Positions 36,943 through 49,577 are shown, counted from the stretch's first letter. The stretch is 64,000 nucleotides of DNA from Zancudomyces culisetae HAW-14-8 (GCA_052426225.1 JBNJNM010000006.1:1116001-1180000); one strand, 5' to 3'. Numbers and translations: made by a program. The notes: a model not told the origin generated them from the sequence alone.

Positions 36943-38673
36943 TGTCAATGTTTTCTATGGGTAAACTCGGTTCTTAATTTTATCGATTTTATCAAATTTT
37001 GTATTTATCTTTGATTCGTTGTTGTCGTTGTTATGTTGCAGCCTTTTTTATTTATTTAAAATCTCTAGATATTTTTTGAGTAGATTCTAGGGAATACTTA
37101 CAGCCCGCTATATTTGTATTTTGTAATGGATCAATTTATATTTTAATTCTAAATATTTCAATGCCAGCCTTTTCTAATTCTCTTGTTGTAATCCAATTTC
37201 TGCTGCAAATGCTTTTTGTTAAACTATATAAATTCTACTGGATGGTAAAGATTCTGTTTGATCCAACATTGTTGCAATCGTTCTTACCATACCTGTTATT
37301 GTTGTGGTTATTTTCGCTATTTCTTTTTTCTTTTTGTGTTTGTTAAATTTTTCTATTTATTAAAACCAAAAACGCAAATGTTATCCATAAATAACTGTGC
37401 AGTTTAAAACAAATGATTTCAGCAAACTAGCAAATTAAAAGACCAGAAAATTCGCTTTTCTATTCCTGTTGTTGATTGAGTAAAAAGATGACAAATGAAA
37501 CTAGGTTAATTAAACTTGCGTAATTCCAAAATGGGCGTTTAATTTGCAATCACTAGTTTGCATTTTTTTTTCGATTTATAACGTATTTGTAATATTACTA
37601 AAACGCCATCAATTTGCACTTGAAATATATAAAGTAAATAAATGCCAAACCCAAGTTAAATGCCCGTGTAAGTTTTGACCAGACGTGTTTCTTATTTAGT
37701 GAAATGTTCTACCAAAATAGCCTACTCCCCCTCCACCCCTCCTTAAACCATTTACATTTGAAATCACAATGAAAAACATTCAAATGTGCGCCGCAAAAAT
37801 TGTCTATTACTCCTATTTTGTTCACCAATTTCCTCTTTTTATTTATATTTTTAATGAAAAGCTTAAATATGACCAGACCACATCTATACACCCTCCCCCT
37901 CCCCCTTCCTCAACATTCATCCATTCATCCATGCATTCACTTTCAACCCAGCAATGATTGTATCATCCTATTTAATTTTATTTTTTTTTCCAACTTTTGT
38001 AAAATCACGAATTACCAATCAAATATGTTGCCATGTTGGAGAAGGGAGAAGAGGGGAAGAAGGGGAGAGAAGGGAGGGGGGAAAGGGAGAGAGAGTGTGT
38101 GTATTATCTATCGGATAAATACATTTGCTCCAATATTAAACTTGACCGCAACAGCCCCACATCCGTTAAAAACACTCTTGGTTTGGATCAATCGGTTCAT
38201 ATTAAATTCCTTCATACAACCTACAAAATTGTTTTTAAAAAAAGAATATTGTAATGAAAATAGTTCCAAGATTGATAAGTTTTGACGAATTCTTGTCTGA
38301 TTTTGTTTTTTTCGCCACAGGAGAACCATGCTGCTGTACTTTTGTATCACCAAGTTGGATATCCGATATCCTCCTTGTTGCTACAACCTTACAAATATCA
38401 TTTCCATTAATCTCCTTTTCACAACACTTTGTATTTACAGAACACAAATAGTATAAAGCAAGGTTTTGCATCTTATTTCCCCCAAAAATATACTATAATA
38501 AAAATGGGTAATGCGGCTTGAACAAGCGGTTTTATTTTACTTCTCCAACTAATTTATATATCTGTATTCACATTGTAATTTAACCCTTTAAAGCTATACC
38601 CAGCAAGTCTAAATTGTCCCTCAAATCACAAAAATAAAGGAAATGTAAAGTAAAAAGTAAAAGGTAAAAGGTT

Positions 38674-39510
38674 CTATATAAAGTCGGAAAAATCATCCGC
38701 ATGTGGATTTGGCCCATTATCATCATCACTGTCATCATCAAATATATCATTCTTTACGCGTCTATTGCTACTCATATTTGACTTTTTAAACACTGAATCA
38801 TAACCTTTGGGTGTTTCTGCCTCCTTGGATCCATATGACTTTCGTTGCTCTTCCTCCTATATTGGTATTACAGTAAAAGGTTAATATTACTAAGCAAAAA
38901 AAAAAAACAAAAAAACAAAACAAAGCAAAACCCCCCCCCTTAATCCAACTAGTAATATTTTGAATTGAACAAGAATATAGTATAAATGGGGAGAGGGGGG
39001 AAGGGGACAACATACCTTTTTCCTCAATTCAGCCTTTTTATCTCTCATAATCGATTTATTGTGCTCAACTTTCATCCTGAAAAAGTCAGGATACTTTTCA
39101 ACTTTAGTCTTATTCAGCCTATTTACAATAGCATTGACCCGTGTTTCCACAAAGACTTTTTTAACCAATCGATCATTTTTAAACCCAACTTGTCCCACAT
39201 CCATGTTTCCCCGCTTCAATAAATTGTTCCATGGCGTATATATGATGGTAATGTTGTTTTGTTTATTGCCTTGGATCGAATTCGCTTTGGTCAACTGTGC
39301 CAGGTCGGTAAGCAACTCGTTGGGCAAGTTGTCCCATGTCTGACCCTTGTTCATTCGTAGGTATACGTGTGCCGATGACAGATTATCAACGTGAAACCAA
39401 ACATCCTCATCCCAACCGTGTTTAATCAGATCTTCGTTTTCATGTTTGTCCTTTCCCATGTATATGGTATTTTTTATGCCATTAACTTCGCTTTCAAAAT
39501 AGTACACCAT
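38674..39510 (-). CDS. JLP2: CCDC25/Jlp2 (NFACT-R domain) protein, 2 exons (39510-39016, 38856-38674)
   Basis: MVYYF, IYMGKDKHENEDLIKHGW.EDVWFHVD.LSSAHVYLR, QLTKANSIQGNK, YTPW.NL.K...MDVGQVGF. The spliced C-terminus ends GYDSVF...MSSN...DDFSDFI*. Confidence 0.92.
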
Positions 39511-40695
39511 TTTTAGAATTTAATTCTTTTATTCTCTCTTTTTTAAATTTGGATTTTACAATATCTAAAAATACTGAGGGACTTTTGTTGCAAAGTATTG
39601 ATAGACTCGGAAAATATAAAACATAAATAAAACCTTTATAATTTCAAGAAATTGAAATTCAGGTATTCCCAATCTTGGGCCAAAATACAAATCCAATCAT
39701 TCATCAGTTTTTTCTTTTCAGTAAATGATTTGGGAAACGAATCTGGGAACTATGTCAACCACAAGACACAGAAAGTAGTATGAAAGGAGGGGAAAGGGGG
39801 AGGGGTGTTTTGCCAACATAAAAGCAATTCAGTCAGCTAGCTTTGAGAATGTTTTTCCCCATCCTTTATCCGCCCAACTCCCAACTCTTCATTAATTTTG
39901 TTTGTTTGTTTTTTTTATTTAATTAAATTGTAGTAACCCGTTCCGCTATCTTGAGCGTATCGGCAATATCCAGCATAACTATCAAGGGAAAAAAAAAGCA
40001 GGAAAAACAAGCAAGAAGGAAAGGACCAAAAAACCAGAAAGAGTCAAAAAAAAAAAATGAAGATCAAAGGTAGAGAAAGGAAAAAAAAAAGATGAGGCAA
40101 AAGAGGAACGAATCCCTCATCCCACCCAATCCTCTCTCTTCCCTTCCCCATACTCATTCTCCCCACCAATTTCTCCATCCCTCTCCAGAACTTCAGCCCT
40201 TATATTTCCCCCCTTGCTCAAGTTCCTCCTACCATACTTTTCTTTCCCGACAAAAATGCTGGAAACCGTCTGTGCTAAATCATTATCTTCAACACGGGTT
40301 AGTTATACAATAAGTTACTGCAATTCAGAGTTAATCTGAAAACAATACTAAAGATTCAATCAGTTTGGGCGATCAAATTTGGTATATAAACAATATATTT
40401 GCTGAATGCATAGATTATGGTGAAAAAATTAACCATCTATTGGCTAATTTACAAGTGTAAAATTAACCATTAATTTTTCTACAACTGTACCCATGTATAA
40501 AAATGTCAATGAACTAGTGTTTAATGAAATAGTGTGAAAATGGTATATGACTCTATTGATTATAAATCAGCATATACATATACATATAACTATAAATTGT
40601 AAAAATACAGTACTGGCCTACAAATACCCCAAATCTATGGTATACAAAAATGAAAGAAAAAAAAAAAAAGAAAAAATTAGAAATTCAAGTGAGTA

Positions 40696-42810
40696 TCATC
40701 GCTTTTGCATCTTTGAAGATGAACCAACAGCTCGTTTGACGATTTTGCAAGTAGATGAAATACTGTATACTGGTTTACTGCTAGAAGTATTTGTACCAGA
40801 TCGTTTACGACCAAGCTGATCGTGGTTGAGATGTGGAGTTTCGACGTACTTGGTGGACACAGAGGGCTCGGCTTTGGGTGAAGGGTTGTCATCTTCGTAA
40901 AGGGGAGACATTACAAGTTCACATGACTGAGGCGTAGGATATACATTGGATGAGTGCGGTGAGTACGGAGGTGAGTTTGAATAGATGTTTTCAGGGCTGC
41001 CAGAAGAAAATGGCGGAGAGTGCGGGACACGAGGCAACGAGTTTGTAGGGCTAGACGAGCCCCAACGAGTTTGGTGCAGAGGTGTAGGGTGGTGGAATCT
41101 TTGGCGAGGTAGAAAAGGATCGGGCGATGACGACAATGGAAAGACATTATTGGCTACTCCGCTGCGATGAGATGGATGTTGTGTACTGTTTACGGGAGCT
41201 GTGCTGGTGGTAGTGGTAGTGGTAGTGGTTTTGTCGGCACAATCGGAGGGAGAGAGTGGTTGGTCGCTGATTAGACCTTGTACAATTCGGTTGAGTTCGC
41301 GTTTTTCAGAGCTAATTTTGGCCACTTTATCAGATAACGACATTCGTCCATCACCACAATGACGATATTCAGTAGTGCTTTTTTGCGATGCTTTGATGTA
41401 TTCCGAGAATCTACCAACGTTTGTACTAGATATTGGTTTCGTGTTTGTAACAACATCAGATTGATCCTGTTTCCGTTTTCGTGGGTTGTATTCAACTGTT
41501 ACATATCCCTTGTTTCTAATTGAATTGCTTGTAGAGCCTCCATTCAGCCCCTTATTTAAAATGCTTTTTGTGCGACGTTCGGTTATTATGTATGTTTTAT
41601 TGCTACTTTGAGTTGTTTCTCCCCACTTTGCAGAGGTTGGATTTGCGGAAAATCTAGACATTAATTCCTTGGTTTCTGATTTTACTTTTTCTAAAAGACT
41701 TGGGTATTGTGAACCTAAAATTAAAGTAAGCGGTTTGATTGATGTTGATATTAGCAAATCTGCTTTTATTATTATAGTTATAAACTAACTGTAAATATGA
41801 TACAAAGGTTTAATAACCTAAATACAATACTTTACCTCGATTATTATAGTTCTGAAACTGTCCTGTTGCCCTTCTTCCACTTGTACATACCGGAATATGC
41901 TTGGTCACTTTTAGTTTGTTGATTTGTTTTTTTTCCCTTGCTAATCCCGACGCACTCCTTACTTTATCCATAATACTGCTCAATCTATCTGCTTCAATTT
42001 TGTCCAAATCCTAATTTTCATCACCAAAAAAAAAAAAATTAAAAAATACATATATATATATATATAACTTTTACATGTATTGTTTACAAATTTGAGTATA
42101 TCACTAGTTGTTGAAAGAATAATATTCATTTGCATGCCAAGATATAGTAAAGACTTACATGATACATGGCTTTATAGTCTAGTTTTTGGTTACGTTTGGC
42201 GGTTTCTGATTTTTTATCTGTACAGTCTGATTTATCTTGCATTCGGCTCGCTAACGACCTTTTCTTTTCGTATAGGGTTTTCCATAATCCATTTGTTTCT
42301 GCTCTGATACTCTAAAAAAAAAATAAAAATAGTTATACGTATTATTTCGAAATTTTAGATATCTATAGCCAAACCTATTTAACTACAAAAACAATATATA
42401 TATATATAAACCTACTGGGTTATACTGTTCGATTTTACTTAGTTGCTCGGCAGTACATGAGCAAAGTACTGGTTTCAATAAATATATAGGAATTCCACCA
42501 ACATCTCTAATATCTATATTTTATTTTTATTATTATTATTATTATTGCCTTTATATTTTATTTCAAAATAAAAGTAACATTTAAATAGGGCAAAGAAAAA
42601 TCGGTTCAAAGTCAACAATTCACAGTTTAAAGCTAAAGAAAAAAAAAATATATATATGTATTTATATATATATATATATAAAAGAGAGAGATACTTACAA
42701 TCCTTCCTTGCTACCAGTATCCGGGTACACAATTCAACAAGACTAAGGATATGCGACTTTTTTTGACCCTTCAAGGTGTTACAACTAATATCGTCTTGTT
42801 GGATTGGCAT
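40696..42810 (-). CDS. ELA1: Elongin A (Ela1/TCEB3)-like protein, about 5 exons, with an S/P/T-rich tail
   Basis: Exon 1 has the BC-box ILSLVELCTRIL. Exon 2 (~42513-42416) reads YIRDVGGIPIYLLKPVLCSCTAEQLSKIEQYNP. Exon 3 reads ETNGLWK..Y...DYKAMY, followed by ORFs 41810-42007 and 40696-41757, all joined by GT-AG introns. Confidence 0.8.
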
Positions 42811-43333
42811 TATCGCAAATTCATTCGTTTCATTTCCATGAAGATTGATTATTTTCTTGTAGAGTCGGGATATTCGTATCGAATCTTTTTTTTCTTTTTT
42901 TTCTTTTTTTTCTTTTTTTCTTTAGAGTATTTAAGGCTAGAATTTTATCTTTCTCTTGTAACTAAATCAGTTTGAATTAGAATGTATCGTATTGTGGAAA
43001 AAAAAATAATTATAGTTATACATAAAAAAAATGCATATTAATCTTTAGTACTTGGGAAATTGGTTTTCAAACTACTATTGGATAAACAAACATTTTTTCA
43101 ATGTCGCTTTTATTTTTCTTTTATTTTTTTTTTAAACAAAGTATTTAAAAAAAACTTTATAATAATATATTAATTACAGTTATATTCAAACTAGTATGAT
43201 AAATAATCAAAGAGATACAAGACAAAAAAAAAAAAAAAAACTCATTTATACAAACTCTAATTTGCACAAAATAAATATATTTAATAATCAAGTCGTTTAC
43301 ACTTTAAAACACCAAAAATAACAAAAGACAAAT

Positions 43334-46114
43334 TTATAATTCATCGTGTTCACGTTCACGTTCATCATCCTCACCCTCATCCTCATCTTCATCCTCACCA
43401 TCACCATCTCCATCACCATCCACACCACCACCACCTGCCTTCCCAGAACCCTTAGTGTCCTTGACTTCAGCTTTGGGCTCGGGTTTCTTTCCCAGTAATT
43501 GCTCCATCTGCTGGTCCGACTCGCCAACACCCAACGCATCAATCGCATTGGGGTTATTGAAGCCAGTGTTACCAGCCACAAGTATATCCTGATGCATATT
43601 CATATCAATGTGAGGATTTTCGGGGTCAGGAATGTTCTTCAACAACTCGTAATCTTGAAGCGACAGTTTTTTAACTTTTCTATTATCGGAAATTCTATTC
43701 TCGCTTTTCTTTCCTCCACTGACTTTTTTTTTTTCTTCCTCCTCCTTCTTGTCGGTATTGGCTTTTCTAACACCTTGTGGATCCAAAAAGTTTTGGAGAA
43801 ACTGGTCGGCTACTGCCATCATTGGATCGTTCGCCAAAATCTCGTGAATGTTTATGTCAAGTTCTGGTTGTTGCTCTTGTTTCTTCCCACCCTTTCCATC
43901 ATCATCATTATCATCATCATTATTATTATTGCTTGGTTTTTGAGCTTTCTTTGGAGGTGTAGGCGGAAGAAAAAAGTAGTTGGCTAATTGAACCATTGGG
44001 TCAAGCTGCTCCAATTCTTTTTTAATCTTGCTTTCTTCTTTTTCTTTTTCCAACTTTTCTTTTTCCAGCTTTTCTTTTTCAGCCTTTTCTCGTTCTAGCT
44101 TTTCCTCCGCTTCCAATTTTTCTTTTTCCAATTTTTCTCCAAGAACTTTCAATTCACCTTTCTCTCGAGTTTCCTTCTTTACACCCTTAACCAAGTCTCC
44201 GTATTCTCCAAGCAACTCATTGAGTTTATCAATTTGCTGCTGGCGAAGCTTCTCAAGCTCCTTTTTCTTTTTAAGCAGCTCTTCACTTGTCATGGTACTA
44301 ACATCAAAGTCGGTAGGATCTTTATTCTTGACATTGGACTCTGGCTTATCTGGATTCATCTGATCTTGGTTTTGGTCTTGGTTTTGGGCTTGGTCTTGGC
44401 GTTGTCTTTGCTTCTTTTTTAAATTGGACTCTTTAAGTTCATCAAGAGATATAACGCGGACATTATTGCCGGCTGGGAAATTACCCCCAAGTAGTTCTTT
44501 TACAATTTCAGCTAGTTTGGCATCCGAGTTTGGATTTAAATTTAGATTTGAGTTTGATTTTGATTTTGAATTTGATTTTAAATTTGGATTAGAGTACTTT
44601 GTAGATAGTTTTTGTTTGTTTTTATCTACAAAATTGATAATATTGTCACGATTTTCAAAGTCAAAATCCGATTCAGAATCTAAAGTTGAAGATTCTGATG
44701 TATCTGCATCTGCATCTGCATCTGCATCCATATTCGATGCAGCCAAGCGTTGATATTTGGTTCTTTTCTTTTGGGCTTCAAATAACGTCAGATTCTTTAC
44801 AATCGGAAAACACTTGATTTCCAATCCATCAGTTACCACCTTATCATAAAACGCATTGACTTTACACAGTTCCGGTAGCTGCACCACCACAAGATACTGG
44901 CATATCGATGTCTCAGAAACCTGTGAAATATGAGTTTCGCCCCGCGGATTACAGTGGTACTGAACCTCGACTGTGCGCGGCCTGTTGGTTTGGTCACAAA
45001 GAGTTCCTTGTGACCAAACCTGCGAAATGTACCTACGTTTGCCGACTGTTTGAATGCGGGATTTAGACAGTTCCTTGATAACTTGGTTTTCGGATCCGGT
45101 CGTTTTATCTTGATTTGCTGTATGTGGTGGTGGTGGTGGTGGTAGTGGTGGAGAAGCAATCTGTGGTGCCAAACCCAATTCTATCCGATTTTCATACCTT
45201 CCTAGGAAAAACTCCAGTTCTCCAAGATTGCGGATTCTTGGAGAATCGTACTCTGACGGTTTGTGGTATTGCCGTATATGCTTGCCGTAGCAGAGTTCAT
45301 ACACCCACCACCCACTATTGTAGTTGATACAGGGTCCACTTTCCAATTCTGCTAATACTTTTATGCCTGCTTGAAGATCTTTGGTAGTGGTGGTAGCGGG
45401 TGAAGACTGTTGCTTGTTTTTTGCAAGAGATTGTGGAGTTTGTTTTTTGCCTTTGGAATTCTGTGCTTGTAAAAGTGCCTTTTCTGTATCATCACCTTCC
45501 TCTTGTTCTTGTTCTTGTTCTTTCTCATGTTCTTGTTCGTGTTCACCTTCTTCAATCTCATCTTCCTCATCTTCATAGTCGTCGACTTGAGGAATTAGAC
45601 AGAATAGCTGTTGTTTTTGTTCAAGGTTGTCACTGTTTTCGTTTTTGTTTCCGTTTTTGTCGATTTTAGTGTTGGTGTTGATAATTGGGCTTTGTGTATT
45701 GGTAGTAAAGACATTGGCCAAATAAGTAAGCTCAGGATTGATTCCACGGATTCGGTAAAACGACGAGATTCTGTAGCGATCTTTTACCGAAACCGAGTCA
45801 TCCGAGGGGTGAGTTCCGTATCCTGCAGCATCCCTTATAAGCCGATTGTTGTTGAGTTCAACGTACCGGATGAATCTGTCGACATTTCCGGGCTTGATGG
45901 GCAGTCGGTGGCTGGTTGATAGAACGTATTTAGGATATTCGTATAAATCGTCGAGTAGAGAAGCAGGGTATGCTTCAGCCTTGAAGGAATCGCTGTCGGT
46001 GTTCGAGCCTGTGTTTTCCGAAGCTGTTACAAATAAAAGAGCAGAATGTAGTTGAAAAATATAGGAGAGTAACAAAGTACAGGATAAGAAAAAGGATCTA
46101 ATTGGAACAAACAT
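43334..46114 (-). CDS. YOS9: ER lectin Yos9/OS-9 (MRH domain) with a long low-complexity C-terminal extension and HDEL
   Basis: Signal peptide; CINYNSGWWVYELCYGKHIRQYH, QVWSQGTLCDQTNRPRTVEVQYHC, VSETSICQY; C-terminal HDEL. Confidence 0.9.
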   Translation of the reverse strand: MFVPIRSFFLSCTLLLSYIFQLHSALLFVTASENTGSNTDSDSFKAEAYPASLLDDLYEYPKYVLSTSHRLPIKPGNVDRFIRYVELNNNRLIRDAAGYGTHPSDDSVSVKDRYRISSFYRIRGINPELTYLANVFTTNTQSPIINTNTKIDKNGNKNENSDNLEQKQQLFCLIPQVDDYEDEEDEIEEGEHEQEHEKEQEQEQEEGDDTEKALLQAQNSKGKKQTPQSLAKNKQQSSPATTTTKDLQAGIKVLAELESGPCINYNSGWWVYELCYGKHIRQYHKPSEYDSPRIRNLGELEFFLGRYENRIELGLAPQIASPPLPPPPPPHTANQDKTTGSENQVIKELSKSRIQTVGKRRYISQVWSQGTLCDQTNRPRTVEVQYHCNPRGETHISQVSETSICQYLVVVQLPELCKVNAFYDKVVTDGLEIKCFPIVKNLTLFEAQKKRTKYQRLAASNMDADADADADTSESSTLDSESDFDFENRDNIINFVDKNKQKLSTKYSNPNLKSNSKSKSNSNLNLNPNSDAKLAEIVKELLGGNFPAGNNVRVISLDELKESNLKKKQRQRQDQAQNQDQNQDQMNPDKPESNVKNKDPTDFDVSTMTSEELLKKKKELEKLRQQQIDKLNELLGEYGDLVKGVKKETREKGELKVLGEKLEKEKLEAEEKLEREKAEKEKLEKEKLEKEKEESKIKKELEQLDPMVQLANYFFLPPTPPKKAQKPSNNNNDDDNDDDGKGGKKQEQQPELDINIHEILANDPMMAVADQFLQNFLDPQGVRKANTDKKEEEEKKKVSGGKKSENRISDNRKVKKLSLQDYELLKNIPDPENPHIDMNMHQDILVAGNTGFNNPNAIDALGVGESDQQMEQLLGKKPEPKAEVKDTKGSGKAGGGGVDGDGDGDGEDEDEDEGEDDEREREHDEL

Positions 46115-46159
46115 TTTTCTTTTTCTCTACTTTTTAGCTTCTAAAGTATAAGTCCTACT

Positions 46160-46218
46160 TTTTTTGTTTGTTTTGTTTTGTTTTTTGTTTTGTTTTGTTT
46201 TTTGTTTTGTTTTTTTGG
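46160..46218. repeat. (TTTTG)n-type microsatellite immediately upstream of YOS9
   Basis: tttttgtttgttttgttttgttttttgttttgttttg... Confidence 0.85.
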
Positions 46219-46589
46219 TACAAACTCTCTTTACCTTTTTACTACTTTTAAAATATTAAAAGCAAAAACTTAAAAGTATGTTTTTTATTAAAAATTGAAA
46301 AAAAAAAGAATTAAAAAAAAAGAGGTTTATAATATATTATGGTTTAGAAAAGTTGACGAGTAAATATATAAATATATAAATATATAAATAAATAAACACA
46401 AGAGAGAGTGGGTGGGGTTTTTCCTTGTTTTTCCTTCTATAATTAGAAAAAGTGTAGGTAAATACGAACAAGATGAGAGACCAATAGAAAACTACCATCG
46501 GGGAATTAATAATTTAATGAAATTTTTATTTTAATAGTTCCAAACTACATTGAAAAGAACAGAAAACACAAAGTTGAAAATAGAAAGAG

Positions 46590-49577
46590 TTAGAAAACCA
46601 ATTTGGCATGCCAATTGGTGGTAGATACAAAGACTTGAGGGTCACGAATGGTGCAGGAACCACCTCTTTTTTTGGTACAAGAAACAGTGGTGTTGTGGGA
46701 AAAGAGATCGTTGATGTAAACCATAGCGGTGGAGAAATAAGTGTTGCGAAGACCTCTGACAATAATACGTTCATAACGGACATTGGCCTGAGAGTCAATG
46801 AAAGGCTGAGGAGAATCAGAGTTGGAGTTGGAATGGGAGTTGTAGTAATTGGAGGAGTGAGAAGCATAGATAGTAGCGTTTTTGAAAGTAAAATCGGTAT
46901 AGATAAATTGGTTCTTGGTATAGTCATAAGAGTTACCATCGTCAATGTAGAGCGAGCCAACCGAAGGAGAACCAGTTCTTGAAACAAAGACAGTGAGAGT
47001 ATAAGGATCGTTTTTCATCAATGCAGAAGAACGACGTTTGCGTTGGCGAGAGGCAATAATGTTGCCACCAACACCATAAACAAGAGTCTGGTCCAGAGGG
47101 GCGGGGATATCTGAGGGCAAGACATGGCCAGAGAAATGAGAATCACCAAGATAATCATAATAAGCTTGGGTGTCAGGAAAGGCGAGTTTGATTGTAGAAA
47201 GCTCGCCAGGAGTGGTAGCGGGAGCAACCATAAGAGCAGGCCCAAACATAAACATTTTGTTGTCGTCGAAAAAGTTGGAGGCAGAAGGGAAATGCGCCCA
47301 AATAGGAGCAGTAATAGGAAAGCCTGTCTTTGAAGCAATAAAAAACTGAGTATATAAATAAGGAAGCAGTGAATATCGCAATTCAACTGCTTTTCGAATA
47401 ATCTCTAAATACTTGTCCTCAAACAAATACGGCTCTCTACGCTTAGAATCTATATGCGCATGCGCTCTAAAAAACGGATAAAACACTCCCAGCTGATACC
47501 ACCGCGCCAACAACTCGCCGTCCGGATTGCCAAAAAACCCTCCAACATCTGCCCCCGAAAAATGCATCCCAACCACATTGTTGGTCAGCACCATCGCCAC
47601 ACTCACCTCCAAATGGCTCCACTCCGCCTTGTTGTCCCCCGTCCATATCGCCCCGTACCGCTGGCTGCCTGAAAAATACGCCCGCGACAACACAAACGGC
47701 CGCTGTCTCCCTCCCTCTCTCGCCTTCAGCCCGTCGTATGTCGCCTTGTGGTACATCATTCCATAGATATTGTGGATGTCGCGGTGCTCTATCCCGCCAT
47801 AGTGCACCACGTCCTTGTCCATCGTGATTTCTGGCCCGTTAAACACCGATGGCTCGTTCATGTCGTTCCATATAAACGTATTCGTTGTGCTGCCATTGTA
47901 CTTTTCCAACCCAAACTGCTCACTTATATACGTCATTGCTTTCGGATCAAAATAATCCACCCAGTTTGAATCTCCTGGCCAGCACCATCCGTTGTATACG
48001 CTGCCATCCCGTCGCTTCAAAAACATCCCCTTCTCCTCTCCCTCTCGCGATATATAATAGTTGCTGTCTCGCTTGATGTGTGGATCTACCACCGTCACCA
48101 GCTTGCGTTTCCGCCCTTCCAACCCTTTCTGCATTGCTACTGGATCTGGAAACTTGTTGTAATCCCATGTAAAATACCGCTTGCCGTCCGTATGCTCTAT
48201 ATCCAGCCATATCACATCATATGGAATCTTATTCTCGTCCATCTTCTGGTCCACCTCCGCCACATCGCGCTGGTCCAAATAATTCCATCGGCATTGGTGA
48301 TACCCTATTGCAAACTCCCGCGGCAACTCTGTCGTTCCCACCATCCCTGCATACTGCTCAAATACCTTTCTTGGTGTTGGTCCTGTCATCACAAACACAT
48401 CCATTATCCCACTCTCACTTATCCAGTGTGTATTCACCTCTTTTCTCGCTTCTCCTCCCATCCCTACTATCTTTTTAAACATACTCACTGCTCCACTCCC
48501 CTTCTTCTTTCGAATATCTATCCACGTCTCTGCTGAATTCATCCAAAACACTCCACTTGTTCTCTCACTGCTGTGTGATATCATAAACGGAACTGACCCA
48601 TATAGCGCCATAGGACTGTCTTCCAAATGCTCAAATACATCCAAATTATACAATCGGTATGGCTCCTTGTACTCTCCATTTTCTTGCTCCCCTGTCTCCT
48701 TCAATGAAAAGCTCGTCGCGTGTTCTGGAATCCCAAACACATGCTGGCTCCCCACAAAGTTTATATCCACCCCAATCGATTCCGGTCCTCGCGACCTACT
48801 ATCCGTCCATGTCTTGAACTTTTCCTCCCATCCTTCCTCTCCCTCCTTCTTTTCCTTTGTTACCTCGAATTTGAAAAACCCTTTTGTATTCAATTCCACT
48901 ATCCGTTCCTCTCCTTCTCTAACTATTATTGCCCACGGATTTGCCTTTATTTCCACTACTTTTTCCACTCCTCCCTCATTTTCTCCATATTTTACTATAT
49001 ACTGTTTCCCATCTTCCTTTTCTCCACTATCTGATTCTTTACCCTTCAGTTCAAGTTTGTTTTTGCTTTTAACCAATCCTTGCTCCCCTCCTTTCAGTAC
49101 ATACTCCCCAGCGCCTCTATACCGTTTATGCTTTTCTTTGATTCCATCAACTTGTACCCGAACCACATCATTTTCCAAAAACACAATCTTTAATCCCAAA
49201 TCTTCCACCACCTCCTCCTCTCCTTCCTTCTTTACATTTTCTTTCTCCGCTGCCTTCGCTCCAATCTTTTCAAGCACCGCCCTAAATTCCCCATCCTTCA
49301 ACTCCACACTCCCATCCCTGACCCTGTACCCTTCAAAAGCACTCTTCTCCTTCTCATTGACACTACTGCCAAGCTTCCAAATATCCTCTCCTACTTTCCT
49401 CACCCCCTTTGCGTACTCCCGGTGTCGCTTACAAAACGATGCATCATTACACGTCTTGAAGTCTTCTTTTTTCACCCCGGCTGTAAACCCTACAAATAAA
49501 CAAATAATAACTGCCGTGGTACAAAGTACCATCCGGTAAACCGTGGTTTTCCCTTTCCAAGCTTTCACTGTTCCCAT
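46590..49577 (-). CDS. ROT2: Glucosidase II alpha subunit (GH31)
   Basis: Signal peptide then VKKEDFKTC..ASFC.R.R, GIPEHA, PYRLYNLDVFE, GYHQCRWNY, DVIWLDIEHTDGKRYFTWD, catalytic WNDMNEPSVF, WTGDN, GADVGGF, PFFRAHAHIDSKRREPY. Confidence 0.97.
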   Translation of the reverse strand: MGTVKAWKGKTTVYRMVLCTTAVIICLFVGFTAGVKKEDFKTCNDASFCKRHREYAKGVRKVGEDIWKLGSSVNEKEKSAFEGYRVRDGSVELKDGEFRAVLEKIGAKAAEKENVKKEGEEEVVEDLGLKIVFLENDVVRVQVDGIKEKHKRYRGAGEYVLKGGEQGLVKSKNKLELKGKESDSGEKEDGKQYIVKYGENEGGVEKVVEIKANPWAIIVREGEERIVELNTKGFFKFEVTKEKKEGEEGWEEKFKTWTDSRSRGPESIGVDINFVGSQHVFGIPEHATSFSLKETGEQENGEYKEPYRLYNLDVFEHLEDSPMALYGSVPFMISHSSERTSGVFWMNSAETWIDIRKKKGSGAVSMFKKIVGMGGEARKEVNTHWISESGIMDVFVMTGPTPRKVFEQYAGMVGTTELPREFAIGYHQCRWNYLDQRDVAEVDQKMDENKIPYDVIWLDIEHTDGKRYFTWDYNKFPDPVAMQKGLEGRKRKLVTVVDPHIKRDSNYYISREGEEKGMFLKRRDGSVYNGWCWPGDSNWVDYFDPKAMTYISEQFGLEKYNGSTTNTFIWNDMNEPSVFNGPEITMDKDVVHYGGIEHRDIHNIYGMMYHKATYDGLKAREGGRQRPFVLSRAYFSGSQRYGAIWTGDNKAEWSHLEVSVAMVLTNNVVGMHFSGADVGGFFGNPDGELLARWYQLGVFYPFFRAHAHIDSKRREPYLFEDKYLEIIRKAVELRYSLLPYLYTQFFIASKTGFPITAPIWAHFPSASNFFDDNKMFMFGPALMVAPATTPGELSTIKLAFPDTQAYYDYLGDSHFSGHVLPSDIPAPLDQTLVYGVGGNIIASRQRKRRSSALMKNDPYTLTVFVSRTGSPSVGSLYIDDGNSYDYTKNQFIYTDFTFKNATIYASHSSNYYNSHSNSNSDSPQPFIDSQANVRYERIIVRGLRNTYFSTAMVYINDLFSHNTTVSCTKKRGGSCTIRDPQVFVSTTNWHAKLVF

